Assembly: GCA_965178125.1 (NCBI GenBank)
Contig: OZ237740.1
Location: forward strand, 248,001-312,000
Length of the DNA stretch: 64,000 nucleotides
Direction: 5' to 3'
From: Bilabrum cf. latius
Taxonomy: Eukaryota
Below are positions 13,579 through 25,911 of this stretch, piece by piece. Below the pieces are notes generated by a model that did not search any database, was not told the origin of the DNA, and was given only the letters and a program-made list of their open reading frames with translations. Position 1 is the stretch's first letter. Each line of letters opens with the position of its first letter. The translations under genes and the position numbers were made by a program.

Positions 13579-14812
13579 ATGTTGTCAGTGATATCATTAT
13601 TGGCGCCGCTTGCTGCATCTGTGGCGATGGGTGTAAGTTATCGCGCACTATTGATGTGCTGCCACTCATGCAGCCGAAGACTAGCACCAAATCAATGTTC
13701 GACCTCTGTATGGAGACGAAAGGACCCTATCGTCAATCAATCATACGTTTTTGTTTATCCTGTCTGTTCGCAGGCGTCATCTGACAGGTTTATGGCAGCG
13801 CTACGAGCCGAAGAGGGACGATCTTCCGGAGGGATCGTGCAGCTGTCCGACGGCAACTTCGCTGAGAGAGTTTTTGAATCAGATAGGCCATACCACAAGG
13901 TGGTATTGTTCAATACGCGAGATGTGCGCCACAACTGCGGCCAGTGTGATTCGTTCCGTTCGGAAATTGAGATGGTAGCCACTGCGATCCGCAAGGCTCG
14001 CGAAGACAGCCCAGACGCAGCGCCAATCCATATTTTTGAGGCAGATTACAGCGCAAATAGGAAGATGTTTGAAAAAGTAAGGTGTCCGTAGGCCATTATG
14101 CCCCCGCGCGAGTTCAGCAGAAGGCAACAAGGAGCAGCCCAAGCCAGCATTCACATTACCTGGGTATTTCCTTTCGCAGCTCGGAATCAGGGGCGTCCCG
14201 ATGCTCACCTACTACCGCCCGACCACCAGCAACGTGCTCCCCGAATCTCTGAACGAGGACGACACCTTCCGCTCCCAGGATTAGACCGCTGAAGCAGCCG
14301 CCACGTTCGTCACGGAGCGCGCCGGCGTGCATCTCTCCATCTACCGCTCCCCCATTCCGGGGATCATCACCGGACTCGCCATCCTCGCCACCCTTGGTGC
14401 CGGGGCATACTTCCTGCACGGCCAGGCGATCGCTCTGTTCATGTGGGCCCAGCGGCAGCAGTGGATCTGGGTGCTTGGGTCCGTGTTCGTATACTTCATC
14501 GCCATTTCTGGCGTGCTGTACGACATCATTCGGGGCGTACCATTCGCAGGTGTCAACCGCAAGGGTGGGATTGAGGTGTTCAGCACGCAGTCCGGCATGC
14601 AGTACGCCCTCGAGGGCATCGTGGTGGGCGCGATCAACACCGTGATCGGGATCAGCATCCTGGTGCTCATCCTGTGGGCGCCCAAGATGAAGGGGGCCTC
14701 GCAGACCACGCTCGTCGGCGTGTGCTGCGCCGTGTTCCTCTTCTTCTTCATGATGCTGGTGCAGCTGTACAGGCTCAAGTCGCCCTGGTACACCCCCCTG
14801 CGGCTCTACTGA
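13579..14812 (+). CDS. Oligosaccharyltransferase subunit OST3/OST6 (MAGT1/TUSC3 family)
   Basis: Signal peptide, thioredoxin-like domain with CGQC, ISGVLYDIIRGVPF and QYALEG motifs, 4 TM segments; introns 13633-13773 and 14077-14179; in-frame TAG 14282; ends TGA. Confidence 0.88.
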
Positions 14813-15177
14813 GCTGGAGAGGAGTGGAGTGGAATGGACTGTGCTGCATGCAGGTTGTTGGATTCGATCGAATCTGTGGGAAGCACGGGCGTAGAGGGGC
14901 ACAATGGGAGTGTGACACTTGAATGGATTGGTCACGTAAACATAGATCTGTCTGGATGCTGTGCAGTTCAATGAAGTACTTCTGGTGAATCACTGTTACG
15001 ATGTCCCCTCACCTTACCGCGGCTCGACCGCTCGCCTGCCTCCATCGCTATGCGGGTGCACGCCTCCCGTTCGCGGCCGGTTGTAACCACTGGCATTTCA
15101 TTGATGAAGAAGAGGACAGGAACTTGCGACTGACTTTCGGGAAAGGATCTTCATTCTACCAGACTCTCTCCCATACA

Positions 15178-16599
15178 ATGGCTGCAGTCGCAGGAGCACC
15201 TGAAGCCGATAAATCCAGTTCTTCTGGAGACGGCAGGAAGGTGAGCGCCACTACTCATGCGGCTGATTGGGTCGATGAATCGCTGCATGCGGACGATGGA
15301 TGCGAAGCCGTCTCAATCGGTGATGCACAGTGGGAAATGATGAAAACCCGCATGATTGGATTCAGCACTTTAGATCATGTGACTGGCATGCCTGAAGGGT
15401 ACGCCCTGACCAAAGTTAGTACGTTACATGAGGACGAGCTCGAGGTTTTCGATACTTCGACTGGCAAGGTGGTCGCCACGATCAAGCTTGAACATGGAGG
15501 CGACTCATACTTCGATATGTTCTATATTCCCCGATCGGGTATCTTAACATTAATCGACGTGGGGGTGTACCACGTGAACCTGCACAAACTCGAAGCAACC
15601 GAGCTGCCTGGCTCGAAAGGCCACTGCTACTGGCCTGGGCTACTTGACCGCGCAACTGGTAACCAGCTGCGTCCATGGGCCAAGTTCAAGATGTACTGCT
15701 ACTCAGCAACGACTGGCAAGGAGACCACAATCGAGGCGGCAGAGCTGCAGGCCACCGTTCCGCTCGAATCAGAGCTTCTGGAACGCAAGCCGCTCCTCAC
15801 CCGAGTCGACAAGACGCTGACGGGGCCCATAAGTGGCATGTCCGTCCACAAGGAGCACCTGGTCGGCTATGGAGCACCACGGCACTACATCATGCTACAG
15901 GACGGCCGAATCGCAGCATGGGCGAATCACGGGGAAGGGTTCGGTGGTCTGACCATGTGGGACATGGCGACCAAGAAGGCCCGCTTCGCCGCTGACTGCT
16001 TCCTGCTGGAAGGCAACCCGAAATGCGAGGACTGGGAAGAGATTTGGGACGACAATGGAGAGAAAGAAGGCACCCTTGTGCAGGTGGGTCCCTCCATGGT
16101 GGCCCTGCTGCTGCAGAACCACAAGTACGGCATCGTGCTCATCGACGTTGATCGCATGGAGCAGGTGGGGCTGGCAGCGGAGGGCGAGCACATCCACCTG
16201 GCCGAGGCCGTGCATGTGGAGGGCATGGACCATGCCATGCTGGTGGCTGGGACCGTGAGTCCTGGTAAACTGCAGGTTTGGTGCCCTGTAGATGGTGATG
16301 CAGGTTGGTACAAGAAGCAGCAGGAGGTTGAGCTCGGCGAGAAGGTGACGGGAGTGACGGCTCTGAAGGCAATTCCGGGGGGCAAGCTGCTCGTGTCTGC
16401 CCGGCAAGGGGAGTTCCTTGATAAGCCTTTCGAGGACCACCCCTTCAAGTGCTTCGAGCTGAAAGGTGTCAAGGTACAGCTGTCGGCTGCAACAGACACC
16501 ATGGATGATCCCCATCCGGATGGGAATGCTACCGCCGGTGTAGGCGGGAGCATGCTGCTTCAGGCGGTGAAAATGCATGCCGACCCTGGATCTAGTTGA
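15178..16599 (+). CDS. Beta-propeller-like (WD40-like) protein, family copy 1
   Basis: Intact 473-aa ORF from MAAVAG; beta-rich blades with WD-like ends (LEVFD, LTMWD, LQVW, VTALKAIPGGKLLVS); paralogs at 24243 and 49392. Confidence 0.7.
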   Translation: MAAVAGAPEADKSSSSGDGRKVSATTHAADWVDESLHADDGCEAVSIGDAQWEMMKTRMIGFSTLDHVTGMPEGYALTKVSTLHEDELEVFDTSTGKVVATIKLEHGGDSYFDMFYIPRSGILTLIDVGVYHVNLHKLEATELPGSKGHCYWPGLLDRATGNQLRPWAKFKMYCYSATTGKETTIEAAELQATVPLESELLERKPLLTRVDKTLTGPISGMSVHKEHLVGYGAPRHYIMLQDGRIAAWANHGEGFGGLTMWDMATKKARFAADCFLLEGNPKCEDWEEIWDDNGEKEGTLVQVGPSMVALLLQNHKYGIVLIDVDRMEQVGLAAEGEHIHLAEAVHVEGMDHAMLVAGTVSPGKLQVWCPVDGDAGWYKKQQEVELGEKVTGVTALKAIPGGKLLVSARQGEFLDKPFEDHPFKCFELKGVKVQLSAATDTMDDPHPDGNATAGVGGSMLLQAVKMHADPGSS

Positions 16600-16917
16600 T
16601 CCGGAATCCGGATCCGGATCTGAAGAATTCAGACCACAAAGATCAACAGACTGAAGAGTCTGTGAAGACTACAATCCGGGCAGGGCAGTGCGATATTGCC
16701 TTGGGCTAGGCCTGGCACGACGCTAACCAAAAAAGTTTTCTAGATAATCTCACAGTCGATGGGTAGACTTGGGTTGAGGTGCGATTCTAAGCGTTTTGAT
16801 CCAAAAACCTTCCTGTGTACCCCATACTTTTGAAGGTGACGCGCTCCCACTCTGGCATCAACACCGAACACCATACGGCGTTAGGATCCGGATCCGGATA
16901 AAGCTCATTCTAGCAAA

Positions 16918-17567
16918 TTCAAAAGCGACCTCCCATCACGGATGCTGCAATGCACCACACACTCACACAGCACCCTGCCCCCAGCCCGATTCAAAAGCGA
17001 CCTCCCATCACGGATGCTGCAATGTACCACACACTCACACAGCACCCTGCCCCCAGCCCGATTCAAAAGCGACCTCCCATCACGGATGCTGCACTGCACC
17101 ACGCACTCGCAGCACCCTTACCCCCAGCCCGATTCAAAAGCGACCTCCCAGCGAGGATGCTGCAGTGCACCACGCACTCGCAGCACCCTTACCCCCAGCC
17201 CGATTCAAAAGCGACCTCCCATCACGGATGCTGCACTGCACCACGCACTCGCAGCACCCTTACCCCCAGCCCGATTCAAAAGCGACCTCCCAGCGAGGAT
17301 GCTGCAGTGCACCACGCACTCGCAGCACCCTTACCCCCAGCCCGATTCAAAAGCGACCTCCCAGCGAGGATGCTGCAGTGCACCACGCACTCGCAGCACC
17401 CTTACCCCCAGCCCGATTCAAAAGCGACCTCCCATCACGGATGCTGCAGTGCACCACGCACTCGCAGCACCCTTACCCCCAGCCCGATTCAAAAGCGACC
17501 TCCCATCACGGATGCTGCAGTGCACCACACACCCACAGAGCTCCCTGCCCCAAGCCCACCCAAAAGT
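16918..17567 (+). repeat. Tandem array, ~9 x 71-72 bp (TTCAAAAGCGACCTCCCATCACGGATGCTGCA...)
   Basis: Unit starts at 16918, 16990, 17062, 17133...; same family at 36559 and 63024. Confidence 0.95.
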
Positions 17568-17578
17568 GATGTTACCTT

Positions 17579-20258
17579 TCACTTGCACGTGGCATACACA
17601 GTGGACACACTGAAACCCTGAATGTCCAGCTCATAGTCCTGTTCCGGTACACCGACGGCCAGGGCGCGCCTGGATGCATCGTAGCGAGCTTGCTCTTTCC
17701 CTTCCAGCCTCGAGTCGTACGATGAGAACATACCCGAGTCGAGGCTCCTGTGCTCCCTCTCTGCTTGAGCATACTCTGCACGAGCCGCCTCCAGCCCGCG
17801 CCTGGCATCATCAGCCTCACTGGCCTTTGTTGGAAGGTAGTAGTCTAGCCAGTTCTGCCCGATACCATCCGTCGCCATCACCTGTAGGCACATGTGAGTG
17901 CTGGTGTGACGGTGCTTCTGGGTGGTAGGGAACGGCTTCAGGTCCGACTCGACGTGGAAGGGGTGTCCGAAATTCACACCGAGCACGGCGCGCATTGCCG
18001 TCCTTGGGCCGAAGCTTCTGGTCTCGGCCACAGACTCCAGCCGAGGATACAGACTGCTGCCGCGACTCCCGCTGTTGCAGGCCGATGGAAACTGGATTAG
18101 CAAAGGAGCTGGTTTGCCGCGCAGCGGCTTTCCATACAGAGTCCAGGTGCCTGCCACAGGGAGCCTCTCGCCGATTGTAGTAGCGTCCTCCCCAGGCTCA
18201 GATCCCAATGCCGATGTGCCAGCGTCTGTAAACATCGTCAGTGGGGCCACACGATCCACCGACACTTCCAGAAGCATTGGTGGTATCGCCTCTGTCATCA
18301 CGCTCTTGTGCTTGTCACCCCAGCTCAGCTGAACGCCGTGCTTATACTACATAGGTGTATCGTCAAGCTGACACTGAGTCAACCCCCGCCGCAGCCCGCT
18401 CAGCCCATACGCCTGCAGCTTGAACGTGCTAGCCACATCGGCCGGATCCACCTTGCGGTAGATCACGTTGACTCCCCCGATGCTGTCCTCTCGCCCCTTT
18501 GCACTCGGACTCGGACTCGGCGATGTATCAGGCGACCCCTCCTTGTCGTGCTGCAGCTTGCCAGTCGTGTACACGCCGGCTTCAGACCGAAGCAGGCTGC
18601 CCTCCACCGCGCGGAAGAGCGGCTTCGTCTTGCACTTCTCGCTCCCGATGCTGTGCAGATTACCCCACACCAGCCTCGCGCCTGTTGCCTCCGGCAGCTT
18701 AATCTCCACAGGACGCACGTATCCCACTTCCAGCGGCGAGCAGAACGAGGACGCCAGACACACGTGCCGGGCCTGGCACAGACCGTACGGCTCTGAGTCG
18801 CCTTCGACACCGCACCTAGGCAGCGGGTGCCTGCACGACCCTCCCTCCTGCTCCGCCTCTTCGCGGTATTTATCCGGGCAGTAGTCGCCAGTGCCCAGGA
18901 TAGCATGCAGGGCGCGCTTCCGGATTGCCTCGAGCTTAGTAAGCCGGCATGTCTCGCCCAGCAGCGCCTCTTCCCCCTCGGGCAGCGGCCTGCCGTACTT
19001 GTGCTCGAATGACGTGCACTCCAGGCTAGACGGCGGCTGGAATCGAGTGCTGCGGCGCTTGCCGCACGCTAGGTGGATGCCGCTGCCATCGCCCCCAGCG
19101 GACCCATCAGCCCCTGACTCGCCAGAGACATACGACATATGATGCGACACGGAGCTGAGGCACGCCCTGCACGCGTCTGTCGCCTGCTGGTGGTACTCGT
19201 TGACGATCTTGGTGGTGGTGCTGCCGTCCGGATGCCTGTGCTCGTGCTCTGACTCGAACTTGTTCACGAGAGCAAACTCCGAGTCGTTCAGGTGGCAGGA
19301 CTTGCGGAAGGCCTCGTGCTTCCTGGCCATCTCGTCGCAGTCCTGCAGCGGGTACGGCTTGGCCTCTGGGAATCCATTCGCGCTGCGCTCGTTGTGGATC
19401 TTGATCAGGTAGTTGAGCACCTCCTCGCAGTCTGCCTTGGGCAGGCCCGTCTCAGCCGACAGCCGCAGCAGCGTGCTTGCACCGTGCGACGCAAACACGT
19501 TGTGCGAGGCCTGCCGAATGCGCTCCTGCATGGCGGCTTCGATGAGGAACTTCCTGGCCTTGGCGGCTTGCAGCACCTGGGATAGTGGGATGTCCTTGAG
19601 CTCATTGCCGTCGGCGTCCAGCATCTAGGTATCTCCGGACATGAAGCACATCCTCCCGACCGCTTCCATGCTCTCCACCCTGCCGCGGCTCGACCGCTTG
19701 CCTGCCTCCATCGCTATGCGGGTGCACGCCTCCCAGTCGCCGAAGAGAGCCAGGCCGTGCAGGGCCCAGAACTTCATGTCCACCACGGCCGGCATCGTGT
19801 CCACCGTGGTGGCCCAGCGCTTGAGCCCAGCCATCATCGTCTCGCGGTCCTGCGTGGCGCTGACGAGGCTGGGCTCGCCTCCCCTGACGCTCACCGTGAC
19901 GTCTGTGGCGAGCTGAGCAGTGCGCCGAGACTTGCCGGACGACCACGCCGCGCTGAGATCCACTCCTGCCTTGCCCCCACTGGAGGCCAGCTCTGCCAGC
20001 TGCAGGGCCCGTTGGATGGTGGGCCCGTCCTCGCGGATGGAGCTGGTCTTGTACGAGGTGTCCACGACTTCCTCCCGCCCGTCCACGATGCGGGTGTACT
20101 TGGTGCTGGCGGTGGTGGTGTGGTTGGAGCGAGACGCCGTCAGGATATCACCGACTGAGATGGACTCTGCCGGGTCGAAGCTGGCCTGCAGGGAGAGGGC
20201 GGTGTCGGTGTGCTCGTCCGTGAAGAGCTTCTCGGAGCTGAACTTGCGGGTGACGGGG
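17579..20258 (-). pseudogene. 5'-truncated copy of MACPF gene A (C-terminal ~890 codons)
   Basis: Near-identical to 37292-39970, including TAGs at equivalent positions (19625, 18347); homology stops near 20258. Confidence 0.85.
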
Positions 20259-20450
20259 TAGGTTTCTTCTCTTGGCATGGTTGTGACATAGAACCTGTTG
20301 TGGTTGGGCTGCAGTTCCACGCCTACCTGCGAGTGCTCAGGTGCTGGACCTTTCGGTGAGTGCTCCAATGCCAATCCATCCGCCTGAAGTGCCACGCGCC
20401 GGCAATCCATCGTCCTATTGGATGCCCTGATCCGGATCCGATCAGCTTCC

Positions 20451-22521
20451 AGAATACCAGAATAATTTGTAGGGTAAAGAAACCACACAAAGTAATGTGC
20501 AACCACGAATGGCTGTCACACCCCCAAGGTGGGGCCATCAAAGATGACCTCAGAGAACAACGCGATCAAAAGACCCGCAGCCCCCCCCTAGAGCAAAGGC
20601 CAAAGCCTCAAAAGAAAGCAAAAGAAAGAAGAACCCCTCGTCCCAAAGAGGATTTCCGAAACATCATGGTGCTACACATACCGAGACGATCACCCTGAGA
20701 CTCAGCCACTCATCCACCAAAGGACCAGAGGGAAGGAGAGTGAGCCCGAGCCATCCTCGTAAGGACAGCCGGACCGTCGACACATGCCATCCGCCACCAG
20801 CGGGACGTCCATGTACGACGTAGCTACTCCCTTTCACGCAAGACACAGCGAAGCGAAGTCGCCATCTCACGCGCCCAGATCCTCTCAAGAGTGTGCATGA
20901 GCCCTCTAGGGCGAGCCACACGATGTCCCCTGCGATCCTGAGCTCGCATTGCAGCATACAGGTCATCCGATGAGCTCGCAGTCCAGCCTCGCACCGAGGC
21001 CCCAGTCCACCACCTGCAGGCAGTCCAGGACGGAAACGTTCTGATCTTTACACTCAGCTCATCAACCACCAGTGTCGCAAGCCGTACCAATCCAACAGAG
21101 GCGCTAGAGCGGGCAATTGCTCGGCGCATCTTGGGAATGGTTCGCTCAGCAGCAGCGACTCCACGCCTGTCCTGCTCCAGAGGTTGTGGGTGAGGTTCAA
21201 GACGTAGGCCATGGTCCGCCCATGCCTTCCTTATCTTGCCCTTCTCCTCTGAAGTTCGACTGGCCCAGTCACCGGAGACCCACTCTGCCTGAAGACCACG
21301 TGACTGTAGCGATGACTCTCGGCGAGTCATCTCCCCAGCCACCTTGTCAGTCAGCTCTGGAGTAGGGGAACAGGAACGAGGGTAAATACCCGCACGAACA
21401 CGAAGGATCAATCGCCCGTCGGAGCCACGCAGTTGCAGTGCTGCAGTGGTAGGCAGTGAACCAGGGCCGAACACCCCATCAACCTGACCATGGTACTGGT
21501 CCAGTGACACTGTCTGTTCTGCATTCTGCTGCCTGATTGCGCTCGCCAGGACGTAACCGGAGTGGCATCCAGGGCTCAAGTTCCTGAAAGACCTGATGCT
21601 AGAAGCAGACTTCGACGAGTGCCAACGGCGCACCGCTCGATTCAGCTCCTTCTCACCCAGCCAAGTCACTCCGTTGTCAACAGATACTCCATTGTCATGA
21701 AGGTGAAGCCTGAGAGACGCCGCAGCACTAAGAGGTCCCTGCTGCGACATCTACTGGCACATGTATGCAGTCCGGATGTAGTGAGATACCACTGGTAGAC
21801 CCCTCCTATCTGGGGCTCGCATGAGCTCAAAGAGGTCCCGTGCGGTCCTTCCGGCAGCACTCGCAAGCCATACCTCAGAATCCAACGCCACTTTCGGCAA
21901 GCGACGTCCTTCGACGGCAAATGGCATACGGTCAGCCATTCCAGTGGCCAGCATCCACCTCATGCGTGCCAGGAAACGGTCCACTACACTCAGCACAGCT
22001 GCATTCATGATCACGCCGTAGTTCACAGAGATCCGCTGTTCCAGACCTCGGAAGCGTTCCCAGCCAGTGGCGCATCCAGCAGCACCAATGCCATAGAGCG
22101 CGCTTGTGAGCGCTCCAGAATAGAGAATCTGGGAGTGTAGACGAACCGACCAATCACAGTCAACTGCAGCGCGGGTTATGATGGACGCTTGTTGCATCGC
22201 CATTGCCACCCTTCGCCGAACGTGGGGGACCATGTCAATGGCTATCACGTCCCTCTCTTCGTAGCCGGGCCCAAGCTCTGCTGCTGTGGCATGGATCCTC
22301 GTCGTCGATATCAGCAACCCTAGATACACATACGACTTCGCGCGGGGAACGGTCCATGTCTGTTCTACCCATGATGGGTTCACTTCCGTGGCTGTACACG
22401 CGATATCGTCGTCCCACCCACGGGGAAAGGAGTCGGCTGCAAGTCCAAACGGCATCATGGCAGTCTTCTTCGCGAGCCCTGATGGGCTCACTGGTCGAAA
22501 TCCAAGCTCAAGTCCGGCTTC
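20451..22521 (-). mobile_element. 5'-truncated LINE (RT C-terminal/thumb region) with (ATTCTGGT)n-type tail, copy 1
   Basis: SYVYLGLLI..HVRRRVAMA..ILYSGALTSALYG resembles the thumb region of APE-type LINE RTs; ORF reads through TAG 21751 and 20824 to TGA 20710; tail TATTCTGGTATTCTG. Confidence 0.65.
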
Positions 22522-24110
22522 AGAATACCAGAATAATTTGTAGGGTAAAGAAACCACACAAAGTAATGTGCAACCACGAATGGCTGTCACACCCCCAAGG
22601 TGGGGCCATCAAAGATGACCTCAGAGAACAACGCGATCAAAAGACCCGCAGCCCCCCCCTAGAGCAAAGGCCAAAGCCTCAAAAGAAAGCAAAAGAAAGA
22701 AGAACCCCTCGTCCCAAAGAGGATTTCCGAAACATCATGGTGCTACACATACCGAGACGATCACCCTGAGACTCAGCCACTCATCCACCAAAGGACCAGA
22801 GGGAAGGAGAGTGAGCCCGAGCCATCCTCGTAAGGACAGCCGGACCGTCGACACATGCCATCCGCCACCAGCGGGACGTCCATGTACGACGTAGCTACTC
22901 CCTTTCACGCAAGACACAGCGAAGCGAAGTCGCCATCTCACGCGCCCAGATCCTCTCAAGAGTGTGCATGAGCCCTCTAGGGCGAGCCACACGATGTCCC
23001 CTGCGATCCTGAGCTCGCATTGCAGCATACAGGTCATCCGATGAGCTCGCAGTCCAGCCTCGCACCGAGGCCCCAGTCCACCACCTGCAGGCAGTCCAGG
23101 ACGGAAACGTTCTGATCTTTACACTCAGCTCATCAACCACCAGTGTCGCAAGCCGTACCAATCCAACAGAGGCGCTAGAGCGGGCAATTGCTCGGCGCAT
23201 CTTGGGAATGGTTCGCTCAGCAGCAGCGACTCCACGCCTGTCCTGCTCCAGAGGTTGTGGGTGAGGTTCAAGACGTAGGCCATGGTCCGCCCATGCCTTC
23301 CTTATCTTGCCCTTCTCCTCTGAAGTTCGACTGGCCCAGTCACCGGAGACCCACTCTGCCTGAAGACCACGTGACTGCAGCGATGACTCTCGGCGAGTCA
23401 TCTCCCCAGCCACCTTGTCAGTCAGCTCTGGAGTAGGAGAACAGGAACGAGGGTAAATACCCGCACGAACACGAAGGATCAATCGCCCGTCGGAGCCACG
23501 CAGTTGCAGAGCTGCAGTGGTAGGCAGTGAACCAGGGCCGAACACCCCATCAACCTGACCATGGTACTGGTCCAGTGACACTGTCTGTTCTGCATTCTGC
23601 TGCCTGATTGCGCTCGCCAGGACGTAACCGGAGTGGCATCCAGGGCTCAAGTTCCTGAAAGACCTGATGCTAGAAGCAGACTTCGACGAGTGCCAACGGC
23701 GCACCGCCCGATTCAGCTCCTTCTCACCCAGCCAAGTCACTCCGTTGTCAACAGATACTCCATTGTCATGAAGGTGAAGCCTGAGAGACGCCGCAGCACT
23801 AAGAGGTCCCTGCTGCGACATCTACTGGCACATGTATGCAGTCCGGATGTAGTGAGATACCACTGGTAGACCCCTCCTATCTGGGGCTCGCATGAGCTCA
23901 AAGAGGTCCCGTGCGGTCCTTCCGGCAGCACTCGCAAGCCATACCTCAGAATCCAACGCCACTTTCGGCAAGCGACGTCCTTCGACGGCAAATGGCATAC
24001 GGTCAGCCATTCCAGTGGCCAGCATCCACCTCATGCGTGCCAGGAAACGGTCCACTACACTCAGCACAGCTGCATTCATGATCACGCCGTAGTTCACAGA
24101 GATCCGCTGT
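22522..24110 (-). mobile_element. Shorter head-to-tail copy 2 of the same LINE 3' end
   Basis: Near-identical to 20451-22040, offset 2071 bp. Confidence 0.75.
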
Positions 24111-24242
24111 TGGCTTCGCGGCCACTTCATTTGTAGCGTGTTAGAACCGAAAACCCACTTAATTGACCAATTATCAAGATGAAGAAATGAAATTGCGACT
24201 TTCGGAAAGGGATCTTCATTCTACCAGACTCTCTCCCATACA

Positions 24243-25652
24243 ATGGCTGCAGTCGCAGGAGCACCTGAAGCCGATAAATCCAGTTCTTCTGGAGACGGCA
24301 GGAAGGTGAGCGCCACTTCTCATGCAGCTGATTGGGTCGATGAATCGCTGCGTGCGGACGATGGATGCGAAGCCGTCTCAATCGGTGATGCACAGTGGGA
24401 AATGATGAAAACCCGCATGATTGGATTCAGCACTTTAGATCATTTGACTGGCATGCCGGAAGGGTACGCCCTGACCAAGGTGTGCACGTTCGATGAGGAC
24501 GAGCTCGAGGTTTTTGATACTTCGTCCGGCAAGGTGGTCGCTACGATCAAGCTTGAACATGGAGGCGACGCAAGATACGATATGTTCTACATTCCCCGAT
24601 CGGGTATCTTCACCTCAATCGATGTGGGGGTATACCACGTCAACCTGCACAAACTCGAAGCAACCGAGCTGCCTGACCCGAAAAGCCACTGCTACAGGCC
24701 CGGAGTACTTGACCGTGCATCCGGCAACCAGCTGCGTCCATGGGCTTACTTCGAGATGTACTGCTACTCAGCAACGACTGGTGCTAAGACCACGATCGAG
24801 GCGGCAGAGGTGCAGGCCACCGTTCCGCTCGAATCTGAGCTTCTGGAAGGCAAGTCGCTCGTCACCCGAGTACACAGGACGCTGACGGAGCCCATCAGGG
24901 GCATGTCTGTCCACAAGGAGCGTTTGGTGGGCTGTGGAGCACCATAGCACTACATCAGGCTGCAGAACGGCCAAATCGCAGCATGGACCGATCAAGGGGA
25001 GCCGTACGGCGGTCTGACCCTGTGGGACATGGCGACCAAGAAGGCCCGATTCGCCGCTGACTGCTTCCTGCTGGAAGGCAACCCGAAATGCGAGGACTGG
25101 GAAGAGATTTGGGACGACAATGGAGAGGCAGAAGGCACCCTTGTGCAGGTGGGTCCCTCCATGGTGGCCCTGCTTCTGCAGAAGTACAAGTACGGCATCG
25201 TGCTCATCGACGTTGATCGCATGGAGCAGGTGGGGCTGGCAGCGGAGGGCGAGCACATCCACCTGGCCGAGGCCGTGCATGTGGAGGGCATGGACCATGC
25301 CATGCTGGTGGCTGGGACCGTGAGTCCTGGTAAACTGCAGGTCTGGTGTCCTGTAGATGGTGACGCAGGTTGGTACAAGAAGCAGCAGGAGGTGGAGCTT
25401 GGCGAGAAGGTGACGGGAGTGACGGCTCTGAAGGCAATTCCGGGGGGCAAGCTGCTGGTGTCTGCACGCCAGGGGGAGTTCCACGACATGCCATTCGAGA
25501 ACCACCCCTTCAAGTGCTTCGAGCTGAATGGAGTCAACGTGAAGCTTGCGGCTGCGACTGAGTCCATCGATGATGAGACTGCTGCCGCCGGTGTAAGCGG
25601 GAGCATGCTACTCCAGGCGGTGAAGACGCATGCCTACCCGAAGTCTAGCTGA
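24243..25652 (+). CDS. Beta-propeller-like protein, family copy 2
   Basis: Colinear with copy 1; single in-frame TAG 24945; ends TGA. Confidence 0.72.
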
Positions 25653-25911
25653 TCGGATCAGGGGAATACAGACCACAAAGATTATAAATTCGGAATTTGG
25701 AATCTTGATCAACCCTTAATAAGTTACTCTAAGACTCTCCAGAGCAGGCCTGCACGTTATTAAGGGCAAAACCTTAATAACGTGCACCCAAGCTCGGCGA
25801 TTAAGGTGGGTATTAAGGAGATTTTCAAAATAATCCATTTTGTGGCCTGCCCTAAATCCGTACATACTTTTTATTTTCATATTCGCGTATTGACAAAATG
25901 AACCCACCTTG

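Noticed and set aside
16918-17567. Tandem arrays (also 36559, 45003, 63024) as CRISPR arrays
   Set aside because: Whole units repeat with no unique spacers, no cas genes are present, and the context is eukaryotic
16796-17621. ORFs across the tandem arrays (also 36511-37334, 44642-45910, 62943-63696) as proteins
   Set aside because: Open in all three frames because the unit lacks stops; 67, 70 and 71-bp units are not multiples of 3
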